From an uncultured virus (IMG/VR IMGVR_UViG_3300042449_001682) (lineage: Duplodnaviria; Heunggongvirae; Uroviricota; Caudoviricetes): 64,000 bases of DNA. Shown in pieces: positions 9,660-20,171 of the stretch (positions are counted from its first letter, which is position 1; each line of letters opens with the position of its first letter). Both the position numbers and the translations under genes were made by a program. The notes below the pieces were generated by a model that searched no databases, was not told where the DNA came from, and was given only the letters and a program-made list of their open reading frames with translations. Location of the stretch: the IMG/VR virus record IMGVR_UViG_3300042449_001682; one strand, 5' to 3'.

Positions 9660-10378
9660 AAATACACTCACACATTTTGGCGTGGAACGAAGAAAAAATT
9701 CTACCCTATACTTTAGATTATTATTCCACATTCTGTGAAAAAATATTCATTTATGATAATATGTCTGATGATAATTCAGATGAAATATATAAAAGATACC
9801 CAAAGGTAGAAGTCATTAAATGGGATAGTAATAATGAAATTAATGAAATAAACTATATAAAATTAAAAACTGAATCCTATAAAGAAAGAAGTAGAAACCA
9901 AAACGTAGATTGGGTAATAGTTTGTGATTGTGATGAATTTCTATATCACCCAAACCTTATTGACGTATTAGTTGATTATAAGAGTAAGGGTATTACAGTA
10001 CCTAAAGTATGTGGACACGATATGGTGTCTGAAATTTTTCCAGAATATGATGGAAAATTATTAGTTGATAAAGTTAAGGTTGGATCAGAAAGATACCAAC
10101 CGATGTGTAAAAACATCATATTTAATCCTGATTTAGATGTTAATTATGGTATTGGTGCACATTCATTTAATTGTGATAATGCCGTTTTTTCGGAAACAGA
10201 GGAGTTAAAATTATTACACTATAAATTTTTGGGTAAAGATTACGTTAAAAAATTATATATTGATAGGGCTAAAAGATTATCTAGTTTCAATAAAGAAAAT
10301 AAATTCGGTGAACACTATTTTAACCTTCCATTTAATTATATGAATGAAATGATAAAAAATAATTTTCAGGTGATATGA
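9656..10378 (+). CDS. Glycosyltransferase, GT2-like
   Basis: WNEEKIL, YDNMSDDNS, DWVIVCDCDEF (DxD), LLHYK. Confidence 0.85.
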   Translation: MKIHSHILAWNEEKILPYTLDYYSTFCEKIFIYDNMSDDNSDEIYKRYPKVEVIKWDSNNEINEINYIKLKTESYKERSRNQNVDWVIVCDCDEFLYHPNLIDVLVDYKSKGITVPKVCGHDMVSEIFPEYDGKLLVDKVKVGSERYQPMCKNIIFNPDLDVNYGIGAHSFNCDNAVFSETEELKLLHYKFLGKDYVKKLYIDRAKRLSSFNKENKFGEHYFNLPFNYMNEMIKNNFQVI

Positions 10379-11199
10379 GAAAAATATTAATATCTGATTT
10401 TACAATAAATGAGGTACCACACGGTGGTTCTGAGTGGGTTAATCAAGTTCTAATTGAAAAATTTGATTTAGATTTTGAATATTCAAATATGGTTAAGAAT
10501 TTTGATGTGAATAATTTCTACATTATTTCAAATATATCACAAATGAATCCTAATTTAATTAGACAGATACCTAATTTAAATTATATTATAGTAGAACACG
10601 ATTATAAAATATGTCATTCTAGACACCCTTGGAGATATGAAGATAGTATTGTACCAGTTCAAGAAAGGATAAATTATGATATCTACGAAAATGCGAAGGC
10701 GGTATTTGTTCAGACTACTGATCACCTAAATGTTTATTTAAAAAACGATGTAAAGGGCAACTTTATTAATTTGGGTAGTTCTATATGGTCAGAAAGTGAT
10801 TTAAATTTGTTAACTGAATTATTAGAAAAAAACAAAACAAAAAACGGTAAGTATTCGGTTTACTATACAACAAATTGGATTAAAAACACTCAAGGTAATT
10901 TAAAATATTGTAGTGAAAATAAACTATCCGTATCAATATTAAAAGAAAGTAAAAATAGAGTTGAGTTTTTAGAAAGTCTATCTAAGTCTGAAGGTATTGT
11001 TTTTTATCCTTTGGCGAGGGAAACTTTTTGTAGATTAGTTGTGGAAGCCAAATGTTTGGGGTTAAATGTAATAACATCTAAAAATTATGGTGCATCTTTA
11101 GAAGATTGGTTTGACAAATATAGTGGTAAAGATATGATAGATTTTTTAAGAAATAATACTGATAAAAATTTAGTGACTATATCTGAATTTTTAGATTAA
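10375..11199 (+). CDS. Glycosyltransferase, GT-B-like
   Basis: HGGSE N-terminus; ETFCRLVVEAKCLG (E-x7-E). Confidence 0.75.
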   Translation: MRKILISDFTINEVPHGGSEWVNQVLIEKFDLDFEYSNMVKNFDVNNFYIISNISQMNPNLIRQIPNLNYIIVEHDYKICHSRHPWRYEDSIVPVQERINYDIYENAKAVFVQTTDHLNVYLKNDVKGNFINLGSSIWSESDLNLLTELLEKNKTKNGKYSVYYTTNWIKNTQGNLKYCSENKLSVSILKESKNRVEFLESLSKSEGIVFYPLARETFCRLVVEAKCLGLNVITSKNYGASLEDWFDKYSGKDMIDFLRNNTDKNLVTISEFLD

Positions 11200-11209
11200 T
11201 AAATATAAA

Positions 11210-11938
11210 ATGAAATTAGTTGTAGGTGTAACACTTTATAATAGTGGAAATATAGTAGAGAAAACATTACAGTCTATAAAGGATCAAACATTTAAAAAAT
11301 TTGTTTGTTATATAACTGATGATTTATCTACCGATAATTCTGCAGAAGTAGTTAAGAATTTTATTAAAGGTGATGATAGATTTCACTTAATAAAAAATAC
11401 TGAGAAAAAATATCAAGGTGGTAATTATGATTTGATATGTAGGGATACAGAAGGCATTGATGATAATGACATTTTTGTGGAGGTTGATGGTGATGATTGG
11501 TTACCAGATAATAAAGTTTTTGAGAGGGTTATATTACATTATTCTGATAAAAACATATGGATTGCAAATGGTTCGTTTATGTATTCTGACGGCAGAAGTG
11601 GATTTTCTTCTAAAATTACTGATTTTGAAAGGTTAAGACATCTTACATTCACCGCCTCACATCTTAGAACTTGGAAAATATTTCTTTGGAGAGATATAAA
11701 AATTGAAGATTTAAAGGATGATAGTGGGAATTACTGGTCGACAACAGGTGATTTATCTTTTATGTTCCCTATGTTAGAAATGTCTGGTGAAAATCATTAT
11801 AAATTTATGAATGAAATAAATTATATATATAATGAACAAAATCCATTAAACGATCATAAAATTAATAGAGATAAAGTTAGTTTTTATGTTAATTACGCAA
11901 AAAACAAAAAAAGATATGAGAGGAAAAATGAATTATAG
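11210..11938 (+). CDS. Glycosyltransferase family 2
   Basis: LYNSG, DDLSTDNS, VDGDDWL, YIYN. Confidence 0.9.
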   Translation: MKLVVGVTLYNSGNIVEKTLQSIKDQTFKKFVCYITDDLSTDNSAEVVKNFIKGDDRFHLIKNTEKKYQGGNYDLICRDTEGIDDNDIFVEVDGDDWLPDNKVFERVILHYSDKNIWIANGSFMYSDGRSGFSSKITDFERLRHLTFTASHLRTWKIFLWRDIKIEDLKDDSGNYWSTTGDLSFMFPMLEMSGENHYKFMNEINYIYNEQNPLNDHKINRDKVSFYVNYAKNKKRYERKNEL

Positions 11939-11980
11939 TGTTGATAGAATATCTCCTAATAAAATATAGATAATTAACTA

Positions 11981-12009
11981 TTCAAATTTCTGACAATAAT
12001 AGTTATACT
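11981..12009 (+). promoter_or_regulatory. sigma70-like promoter heading the nucleotide-sugar block
   Basis: TTCAAA-N17-TATACT in the main intergenic gap of the cluster. Confidence 0.4.
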
Positions 12010-12030
12010 TAATGTTATAAAATAAAAAAA

Positions 12031-12981
12031 ATGGAAAGAAAAAAAATATTTATTACGGGAGGTGCTGGATACATTGGTACGTCTTTAATTCCCTTACTAC
12101 TAGAAAAAAATTATGAAGTTACTGTATACGATTCTTTAATTTTTAATAATGGGGATAAATTGATACCTTACTACGGAAATGAAAACTTTAAATTTATTTA
12201 TGGTGATATCAGAGATAAAAATAAACTTAAAGAATCTATTAACGGTTACGATATTGTAATCCATCTAGCTGCTTTAGTTGGGTTCCCTATTTGTAGAGAA
12301 AAAGGTGAATCTGAATCTTATGAAATTAACACTGTCGGTACTAAAAATGTTATAGAATGTTTAAATGAAACACAGTACCTATTATTTGGATCAACAGGGT
12401 CAAACTATGGTGAAGTAGATGGTGTATGTACTGAAGAAACGGAATTAAATCCATTATCAATTTATGGGAGGACTAAAACTTTAGCAGAAAAATTAGTTAT
12501 GGATAGAAATAATAGTACTGCATTTAGATTTGCAACCGCTTTTGGACTTTCACCTAGATTACGTTTAGATTTGTTGGTTAATGATTTAGCCTTTAAAGCA
12601 ATTAAAGAGGGGTATGCGGTTATATATGAATCACATTTTTTAAGAACATTTATTCATGTTAAAGATATCGCGAGAGCATTCATTTTTGCAATAGAAAATC
12701 AAGAAGAAATGAAAAATAATACATACAATGTTGGGTCAAATAAAATGAATTACTCTAAAAAAGAAATTTGTGAGTTAATTAAAAAAGAAATTCCGACAGT
12801 ATATTTTAATTACGCAGATATTGGTGAAGATGCAGATAAAAGAAACTACGTTGTAAGTTATGATAAAATAAACAAATTAGGTTTTGATGTCACAATTGAT
12901 GTTGAGAGTGGGATAAATGAACTTGCTAAATGTTTGCCACACATAAGACTTAATAACCCATACTTAAATATTGTAAAATGA
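12031..12981 (+). CDS. NAD-dependent nucleotide-sugar epimerase/dehydratase
   Basis: ITGGAGYIG, HLAA, YGRTK (YxxxK). Confidence 0.92.
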   Translation: MERKKIFITGGAGYIGTSLIPLLLEKNYEVTVYDSLIFNNGDKLIPYYGNENFKFIYGDIRDKNKLKESINGYDIVIHLAALVGFPICREKGESESYEINTVGTKNVIECLNETQYLLFGSTGSNYGEVDGVCTEETELNPLSIYGRTKTLAEKLVMDRNNSTAFRFATAFGLSPRLRLDLLVNDLAFKAIKEGYAVIYESHFLRTFIHVKDIARAFIFAIENQEEMKNNTYNVGSNKMNYSKKEICELIKKEIPTVYFNYADIGEDADKRNYVVSYDKINKLGFDVTIDVESGINELAKCLPHIRLNNPYLNIVK

Positions 12982-13799
12982 TTTCATGTAGATTTTTTGG
13001 TGGTATGGGTAACAACCTTTTCCAATTGGCTACAACATATGCAATTGCAAAGAGGAATAATTTTAATTTAATTTTATCTAAAGAATGTGATGTGAGACAC
13101 ACCTCAAAACATTATGGACAACCTGATTATTTGGAAATCCCCACTTTATTAGAAAATAATTTTAACTATAGGGAAAATGTAGATTTTAAAAACATTTATA
13201 AACATACCGACTATATTGGACAAAAATGGGAATATAGTGAAATAGATGAGTCTGATGAAACTTTATATTACGGATATTTTCAGTCTAATAAATATTTTGA
13301 GGATGTTGATATACCTAATGAATTAATATTAAATCAAAAAGTTATTGGGGAACTTAAAGATAGTTATTCTGAATTATTTAATAAGAGGACTATCGCATTA
13401 CATTATAGGTTGTCAGGTGATAGGGTTGAATCCCACATTCAAGAATACCATAAAACAGTGAGTAAAGAATATTATGAAAAGGCATTGGAGGTTATTGGAT
13501 ATGATGAAAGAAATGATAATGTTATAGTAATATCGGATAATATTGGGTTGTCTAAGAATTTATTACAAAATGATAATTTTATTTATATTGATAATCAAAA
13601 GGACATACTTAAAGACTTTATCTTAATGACTCTTTGTGATGATAATATAGTCGGTAACTCAACGTATAGTTGGTGGGGTGCCTATCTTAATAAAAATAAA
13701 AATAAAAAAGTTGTTGCAACTAAAACTGAGTGGTTTGGACCTGGTAATAGTCACCTTAACCTAGAATCGGCTTTCCCAAAAGAATGGATAACGTTATGA
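12978..13799 (+). CDS. GT11 alpha-1,2-fucosyltransferase-like
   Basis: GGMGNNLFQ, GYFQS, LHYRLSGD, VISDN, NSTYSWWGAYL. Confidence 0.9.
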   Translation: MISCRFFGGMGNNLFQLATTYAIAKRNNFNLILSKECDVRHTSKHYGQPDYLEIPTLLENNFNYRENVDFKNIYKHTDYIGQKWEYSEIDESDETLYYGYFQSNKYFEDVDIPNELILNQKVIGELKDSYSELFNKRTIALHYRLSGDRVESHIQEYHKTVSKEYYEKALEVIGYDERNDNVIVISDNIGLSKNLLQNDNFIYIDNQKDILKDFILMTLCDDNIVGNSTYSWWGAYLNKNKNKKVVATKTEWFGPGNSHLNLESAFPKEWITL

Positions 13800-14641
13800 T
13801 TAAGACTAAAATTAATATGATTGGTGGTGGTTTCCATCACGAAATATGTTCTTCGGCATTAAATGAACCTAAATATATTGAATGGGTTAAAAATGGTTCT
13901 GCAAATATATCAATTCATATAGATGATGCGATAATAGATACTGTTGATAATAATAAAATAAACTATGGGTGGGTTTGTGAGTCGTCAGACATTGTACCTA
14001 GAAGTGTACACTATATAAAGGACAATTTAGAAGAGTGTAAGAAAAAATTTAAATATATTTTTACACACGATAAGAATCTCCTTAATATAGATCCTAACTT
14101 TTTTAAATATACGTTAGGATCAACTAGACCTTGGATAATGAATAAAAAAATATACGATAAAACTAAATTATGTTCTTTTATTGTCTCTAATAAAAAAATG
14201 ACTAATGGTCATAATTATAGACTATCTGTTTTAGAAAAATATAAAGATAAAGTTGATTTTTTTGGTAGAGGTACTAACAAAGAATTACCGTGGACTATAG
14301 AAGTTAATGGTAATATCGAATCGGGTAAAATTATAGGTTTAAAAGATTATATGTTTTCATTTGTTTTTGAAAACACAAACTATGAAACTGCAATGTCTGA
14401 AAAAGTAACTGATTGTTTTGCAGTAGGAACGATACCAATATTTTGGGGGGCTCCCGATATTGGGGATTTTTATAATAGTGATGGTATTATAATGTATGAA
14501 AATAATTTCGATTTTTCTATTTTAACTAGTGAGTATTATTATTCTAAAATGGATAGTATTAAAGATAATTTAGATAGGGCAATAAACTCACTTTCTGCTG
14601 AGGATCATTTTTTTATTAATTATATAGATGGAAAATATTAA
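13796..14641 (+). CDS. GT10 alpha-1,3/4-fucosyltransferase-like
   Basis: CSFIVSN, YMFSFVFEN...SEKVTDCF.VGTIPIFWG. ATG 13796 overlaps the upstream TGA. Confidence 0.85.
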   Translation: MIKTKINMIGGGFHHEICSSALNEPKYIEWVKNGSANISIHIDDAIIDTVDNNKINYGWVCESSDIVPRSVHYIKDNLEECKKKFKYIFTHDKNLLNIDPNFFKYTLGSTRPWIMNKKIYDKTKLCSFIVSNKKMTNGHNYRLSVLEKYKDKVDFFGRGTNKELPWTIEVNGNIESGKIIGLKDYMFSFVFENTNYETAMSEKVTDCFAVGTIPIFWGAPDIGDFYNSDGIIMYENNFDFSILTSEYYYSKMDSIKDNLDRAINSLSAEDHFFINYIDGKY

Positions 14642-15725
14642 TTTCTTTTCAACAAACATATCAGAAAATGTTTATGATGAATTAAGTAAAGTTTTAAAAA
14701 GTGGATTTATATCAGCGGGTAAACAATCAGAGGTATTTGAATCAAAACTTTCTAATTTAGGGTTAGTTAACCCAATAACTGTTAATAGTGGTACAGTAAC
14801 TATGTTTTTAGCATTACTATCACATAATATTGGGAAAGATGATGAGGTTATTATTCCCGCACAAACATTTGTTGCAACAGGTCTAGTAGTTAAACAAGTC
14901 GGTGCTAACGTAGTGTTTGCAGATATAAATCCTAATACTGGTAATATCGATGTTGAATCAATCAAAGAAAAAATAACTAAAAAAACTAAGGCTATTATAC
15001 CTGTTCATTGGGGCGGTTACCCATGTGATATGGATGAAATTAATGAATTAGCAAAAAAACATAATCTAATTGTTATTGAAGATGCTGCACACGCTTTAGG
15101 GTCAACATATAATAACAAACCTATTGGTTCTTTATCAGATTTTACATCATTCTCATTCCAAGCAATTAAACAATTAACGACGGGTGATGGTGGTGCATTA
15201 TGTTGTTTAAATGAAGAAAAGTATAACTATATAAAAAATTTAAGATGGTTTGGTATAGATAGAGAAAATTCCATACCTACGATACTTGGAGAAAGAGAAT
15301 ATGATTTATCGTGTGTTGGTTATAAGGCACATATGAATGATATATCTGCCACAATAGGTATTGGTAACCTATCTGACTTTAAAAAAAATTTAGATAAGAA
15401 TCATTATATTGCTAAAAGATATAATGAAGAACTTTATGATGTTAAAGGTATAAAAACTTTAGATTATAAAAATGATAGACAATCATCATATTGGTTATAC
15501 CCATTGATTGTTGATAATAGAGAAGAATTTATAACTAAACTTAAAATTAAAAACATACCGACATCTGTAGTTCATTTAGGTATTGATAAAAATACAATTT
15601 TTGGTGGTAAGGACTATTCACTTAAAAACCAAAGATTTTTTGATGAACATCAAATACATTTACCTATAAATCCATCGTTAACAGAAGAACAAATAAATTA
15701 TATAATAAAAACAATAAAAGAATGA
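14628..15725 (+). CDS. DegT/DnrJ/EryC1/StrS PLP sugar aminotransferase
   Basis: VNSGT, PVHWGG, IEDAAHALG, SFQAIKQLTTGDGG with the catalytic Lys. Confidence 0.92.
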   Translation: MENINFFSTNISENVYDELSKVLKSGFISAGKQSEVFESKLSNLGLVNPITVNSGTVTMFLALLSHNIGKDDEVIIPAQTFVATGLVVKQVGANVVFADINPNTGNIDVESIKEKITKKTKAIIPVHWGGYPCDMDEINELAKKHNLIVIEDAAHALGSTYNNKPIGSLSDFTSFSFQAIKQLTTGDGGALCCLNEEKYNYIKNLRWFGIDRENSIPTILGEREYDLSCVGYKAHMNDISATIGIGNLSDFKKNLDKNHYIAKRYNEELYDVKGIKTLDYKNDRQSSYWLYPLIVDNREEFITKLKIKNIPTSVVHLGIDKNTIFGGKDYSLKNQRFFDEHQIHLPINPSLTEEQINYIIKTIKE

Positions 15726-16648
15726 AAAAAGTACTAATTTTAGGAGGATTTGGGTTTTTAGGTAAAAACATTAATGAAGTATTTAAAGATTCAAAATATG
15801 AATTATTTAATGAATCTAAACGTACAGGTTGCGATTTACTAAACTTTGAAAATTTAAAAAATAAAATAGAGTCTATAAATCCAGATTATATCATAAATGC
15901 TGCGGCACATGTTGGTAGTATGGATTATGTGGCAAAAAATTGTGCAGATGTTTGTCATGACAATTCATTAATGTACATTAATTTATATAGGGCAGTAAAA
16001 GAGGTAAATGATAACATAATAATAATTAATCCCATATCAAATTGTTCTTATCCAGGAATTATAGATATACAAAATGAAGAAAACTGGTGGGACGGTGTAA
16101 TACACCAATCTGTAGAGTCCTACGGTAATCCTAAAAAATTAGGGTTTATTCTTTCTGAGACATATAGAAAACAATACGGTATTAAAACTATTAATTTAAT
16201 ATTAGCAAATGCTTATGGACCTTTAGATTACACGGATGTTCATAAAACACACGCATTAAATGGTTTAATTATACGAATGATAGAATCGAAACGAAGAGGA
16301 GATAAAGAATTTGTGGTGTGGGGCACTGGTACACCAATTAGAGAATGGTTATATATGGAGGATGCCGCCAGACTTATTAAAGATATCATTGATAATGGTA
16401 AACACGATTTACCAAACCCACTTAATTTTGGTAAAGAAAATGGTGTGAGTATTATTGATAGTGTGAATACTATTAAAACAATAATGGGTTATGATGTGGA
16501 GATAGTTAATGATTTAACTAAACAAGATGGTGCACCAATTAAAATTTTAGGTAACAGTAAATTTAAACAAAGTTTTAGTGATTTTGTGTTTACAGATTAT
16601 ATAGAAGGAATAAAAAAAACAATCGAATATTATGAAAGAACAATCTAA
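15722..16648 (+). CDS. GDP-L-fucose-synthase-like epimerase/reductase (divergent paralog)
   Basis: GGFGFLG, AAAHVG, SNCSYP, YGNPKK, VWGTGTPIREWLY. Confidence 0.8.
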   Translation: MKKVLILGGFGFLGKNINEVFKDSKYELFNESKRTGCDLLNFENLKNKIESINPDYIINAAAHVGSMDYVAKNCADVCHDNSLMYINLYRAVKEVNDNIIIINPISNCSYPGIIDIQNEENWWDGVIHQSVESYGNPKKLGFILSETYRKQYGIKTINLILANAYGPLDYTDVHKTHALNGLIIRMIESKRRGDKEFVVWGTGTPIREWLYMEDAARLIKDIIDNGKHDLPNPLNFGKENGVSIIDSVNTIKTIMGYDVEIVNDLTKQDGAPIKILGNSKFKQSFSDFVFTDYIEGIKKTIEYYERTI

Positions 16649-17441
16649 ATATTATATTATTAATTATAGACATAGGGGTGCAGGTTATTTTGCATACCTT
16701 AATGCTGTTTTTGGGGGATTAAAATATTGTAGTGATAACAATTTAATACCTATTGTTGATTGGTCGAACCCGAAAGTGGAGTATTATGATAGTGAAATGG
16801 GTGAGAATCCTTTTGATTATTATTTTGATCAAGAACTAACGGTTGAGGAGGCGATTAAACATGAACATCAGTATTGTCCTATTGATTATGAAAACTATCC
16901 ACCTGGAGGACAAAAAATATTTAGAAACAAAGATGTTGTTATTAATATTAACAATTCAATAAATAAATATTTGAAAATAAAACCCGAAATTTTAAACTCA
17001 GTTAAAAAAGAAATAAGTGAATATAAAACATTGGGAGTTCATTGCCGAAGAAGTGATATGGGAACATATCACCCAGAATACTTATTTTCTAGAAACACCG
17101 AAGATTATTTTAAAAAAACAATGGAAATTTATGAAAAATATGGGTTTGAAAAAATTTATTTGGCAACTGAAGAAACAGAAATTTTTGAATATTTTAAAAG
17201 TAGAATTCCAGAAATTTTAATTTATCAGGAATGTTTTAGAATCGGAAGGAATGACGATCATCGAATAATAACTAATGAAAGAAAATACCATAGGTATTTA
17301 ATGGGTAAAGAAGTATTAATTGACTCTTTGAACCTTTCTAAATGTAATAGTCTTTTGTGTAGTATTTCTGGAGTATCATACGGCTCTATTTTTTTTAATG
17401 GAAATAAATATGATAATGTTTACTATTTTGACGAAATATAA
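16632..17441 (+). CDS. NodZ/GT23/O-fucosyltransferase-like protein
   Basis: LGVHCRRSD, KIYLATE, D...LSKC..L....S.VS are GDP-fucose-binding GT-B motifs. Confidence 0.75.
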   Translation: MKEQSKYYIINYRHRGAGYFAYLNAVFGGLKYCSDNNLIPIVDWSNPKVEYYDSEMGENPFDYYFDQELTVEEAIKHEHQYCPIDYENYPPGGQKIFRNKDVVININNSINKYLKIKPEILNSVKKEISEYKTLGVHCRRSDMGTYHPEYLFSRNTEDYFKKTMEIYEKYGFEKIYLATEETEIFEYFKSRIPEILIYQECFRIGRNDDHRIITNERKYHRYLMGKEVLIDSLNLSKCNSLLCSISGVSYGSIFFNGNKYDNVYYFDEI

Positions 17442-17453
17442 TATAATTTAAAT

Positions 17454-18101
17454 ATGAAAAAATCAATTTTATTTTTTGGAGGTACTGGTGGTTTAGGTAC
17501 ACAAGTAATTAAACATTTAGATAATTATGATATTAAAATTTTAGGTAGTAATGATGTTAATTTTTTAGATGAACTAAGTATAACATCTTTTTTTAATACC
17601 ATTGAAAATGTAGATGTTTTAGTACTATTCACAAACTATAACTTCAATAGTTTTCTACACAAATATAATGAGAGTAATTTCGATGAATTAACAAACCAAA
17701 TTGAAGTGAATATTCTTTCAGTTACTAAAATAATTTCTAAATGTTTAAGTAAAATGAGAGAACGTAATTTTGGCAGGATTATTTTATCATCTAGTATAAC
17801 GGTAGACAAAAATGTCATTGGAACCAGTGTATACGCCGCGTGTAAATCATACTATGAAAATATAGTTAAAACAATTTGTTTAGAGAATGCGAATAAAAAC
17901 ATTACTGCAAACTGTATCCAACTAGGGTATATGGATGGAGGATTAACCTATACGTTACCAGAAGAATTCATTAAAAAAACTATTGAGGGTATCCCAACAA
18001 AAAGATTAGGAAGACCAGATGAAATTGCTAAAACTATAGAATTTTTAATTGATAATGAATATATTAATGGAACAACAATAAAACTCACAGGCGGATTATG
18101 A
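17454..18101 (+). CDS. Short-chain dehydrogenase/reductase (FabG-like)
   Basis: GGTGGLG, GRIILSSS, YAACK, RLGRPDEIA, YING.TI..TGG. Confidence 0.88.
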   Translation: MKKSILFFGGTGGLGTQVIKHLDNYDIKILGSNDVNFLDELSITSFFNTIENVDVLVLFTNYNFNSFLHKYNESNFDELTNQIEVNILSVTKIISKCLSKMRERNFGRIILSSSITVDKNVIGTSVYAACKSYYENIVKTICLENANKNITANCIQLGYMDGGLTYTLPEEFIKKTIEGIPTKRLGRPDEIAKTIEFLIDNEYINGTTIKLTGGL

Positions 18102-18628
18102 TGGAATTTAAAAAAATAGGTGAAGATGTAAGAGTATCTAATTTATGTGTGATAACAAGACCACATTTAATTACTTTAGGTAATCATGTTGCAATCGACC
18201 AATTTGTTACTATAACAACAAATGCGGAAATAGGTGATTATGTCCATATTGCACCTAATTGTAGTATTATAGGTGGTGCGGAAAGTAAAGTTATAATGAG
18301 AGATCATAGTGGTATGGCTGCTGGTGCTAGAGTTATTGCGGGTGGGGCAGACTTTAATTCGGGAACATTAACCAACCCTCAAGTACCAAAAGAGTACAGA
18401 AAAGAAGTAATAGAAGATGTGATTTTTGAAGAATTTTCAATATTAGGTACAAATTCTGTTGTATTACCTGGTGTTACATTGTCAGAAGGTTCTGTAATAG
18501 GTGCAAATTCATTAGTTACTAAAACTACTGAACCGTGGACAATATATGTTGGTAATCCCGCTAAACCGATAAAAAAAAGAAATATGGGTGAAATAAAAAA
18601 ATATTATGAAGAACTAAAAAATAAATAA
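18098..18628 (+). CDS. Hexapeptide-repeat acyl/acetyltransferase
   Basis: LGTNSVVLPGVTLSEGSVIGANSLV...VGNPAKPI left-handed beta-helix. Confidence 0.9.
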   Translation: MMEFKKIGEDVRVSNLCVITRPHLITLGNHVAIDQFVTITTNAEIGDYVHIAPNCSIIGGAESKVIMRDHSGMAAGARVIAGGADFNSGTLTNPQVPKEYRKEVIEDVIFEEFSILGTNSVVLPGVTLSEGSVIGANSLVTKTTEPWTIYVGNPAKPIKKRNMGEIKKYYEELKNK

Positions 18629-18630
18629 AT

Positions 18631-19548
18631 ATGAAATCAAAATTTTATACGGATAAAAGTGCATTGAATATTCCTTGGGTAGAATCCCCATTTTTTTATG
18701 ATTTATTAGAAAACTCAAATGATTTAAGTGATGAACAAAAAAAAATATGTCAACAATATCACGAAGAAGGGTATGTTGTAATAGATTTAAATTTAACTGA
18801 TGACGTTATCGATAATGTGGTTAAGGATATGTATATTGCTTTGGAGAATGAAAAAACTGTTTTTCATCCTGAACATGTGACGTACACCCCATCTAAACGA
18901 ATTTTTGAGGAATGGAAAAATAGTAAGAATATTGCGGAGTTAACTGTCAATGAAAAACTTATTAATGTATTAAAATTATTATACGGTAAAGATCCTTTCC
19001 CATTCTCAACAATAAACTTTATTAAGGGATCAAATCAACCACTCCATAGTGATACGATTCATTTTCATAGTGTACCTCAGTTATGGATGTGTGGAGTTTG
19101 GGTTGCTTTAGAAGATGTTAATGAGGAAAATGGTACACTACAAATTGTCCCTGGCAGTCACAAATGGGAAATTTATGATTATGAAAGTTTAAAATTAACT
19201 CATCCTGATGATGTAGAAAATGGTGAGGCGGAAAATTACAGTTACTATGAGAATTTTTTAATTGATTTAATTAAATCAAAAAATGGTAAAACTAAACCAG
19301 TTTCATTAAAAAAGGGGCAAGCATTAATTTGGGCAGCAAATATGTTACATGGTGGTTGTAATGTAGAAGGGGTTACTGATTTAGAAAAAACTAGGTTGAC
19401 ACAAGCAAACCACTACTTTTTTTATGGGTGTGATGAATATTATTGCCCGATGTTTTCGGAAAAAAGTAAAGGTAAATACGCTAAAAAATGGTGTGATGAT
19501 GACAATAATATCAAAACTCATTTAGATAAAATAAATAAAATAAAATAA
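18631..19548 (+). CDS. PhyH-family Fe(II)/2-oxoglutarate dioxygenase
   Basis: QPLHSD (HxD), VWVALED..EENGTL.IVPGSH, MLHGG, R.T. Confidence 0.88.
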   Translation: MKSKFYTDKSALNIPWVESPFFYDLLENSNDLSDEQKKICQQYHEEGYVVIDLNLTDDVIDNVVKDMYIALENEKTVFHPEHVTYTPSKRIFEEWKNSKNIAELTVNEKLINVLKLLYGKDPFPFSTINFIKGSNQPLHSDTIHFHSVPQLWMCGVWVALEDVNEENGTLQIVPGSHKWEIYDYESLKLTHPDDVENGEAENYSYYENFLIDLIKSKNGKTKPVSLKKGQALIWAANMLHGGCNVEGVTDLEKTRLTQANHYFFYGCDEYYCPMFSEKSKGKYAKKWCDDDNNIKTHLDKINKIK

Positions 19549-19549
19549 A

Positions 19550-20167
19550 ATGAATTTAAATTTAATAAATCAAGAATCAAATGTAAAATGGTTTGCGGAT
19601 AATGGTAATTATACACATGCCATAAATTATAATATTAATGAAGACTCTATGGTAGTCGATGTAGGTGGGTACATAGGTTTATGGGCAGATTTAATTATTG
19701 AAAAATATAACCCATTCATTACTATAGTGGAACCCATAAAAGATTTTTATGATCAACTATGTGATAAGTTTAAGGATAACCCTAAAGTAACGGTGTTAAA
19801 TTATGGTATATCTACTACCAACAAGTCTGATGTCATATATCTAAATGGTGATGGGACATCAAAATATCTTACTAACGACAAACCTATTACAGTTAATTTT
19901 ATTACAATAGATGAATTGTTGGAAATTATAAAAAGAGATAATGTTGAATTAATGCAAATTAATATAGAAGGTGAAGAATTCCCATTATTAGAGAATATGA
20001 TAGACACTGGAAGCATTTTAAAATTTAACAACATACAAGTTCAGTTTCATACATTTATTGAAGATGCCCTTGAAAAAAGGAATAATATACAAAAGGGTTT
20101 AGAAAAAAATAATTTCAAAAAATTATATGATTACCCATTTGTGTTTGAGGCTTGGTCATTAAAATAA
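19550..20167 (+). CDS. FkbM-family SAM methyltransferase
   Basis: VDVGGYIG, VEP, INIEGEE, QVQFH. Confidence 0.85.
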   Translation: MNLNLINQESNVKWFADNGNYTHAINYNINEDSMVVDVGGYIGLWADLIIEKYNPFITIVEPIKDFYDQLCDKFKDNPKVTVLNYGISTTNKSDVIYLNGDGTSKYLTNDKPITVNFITIDELLEIIKRDNVELMQINIEGEEFPLLENMIDTGSILKFNNIQVQFHTFIEDALEKRNNIQKGLEKNNFKKLYDYPFVFEAWSLK

Positions 20168-20171
20168 TTTT

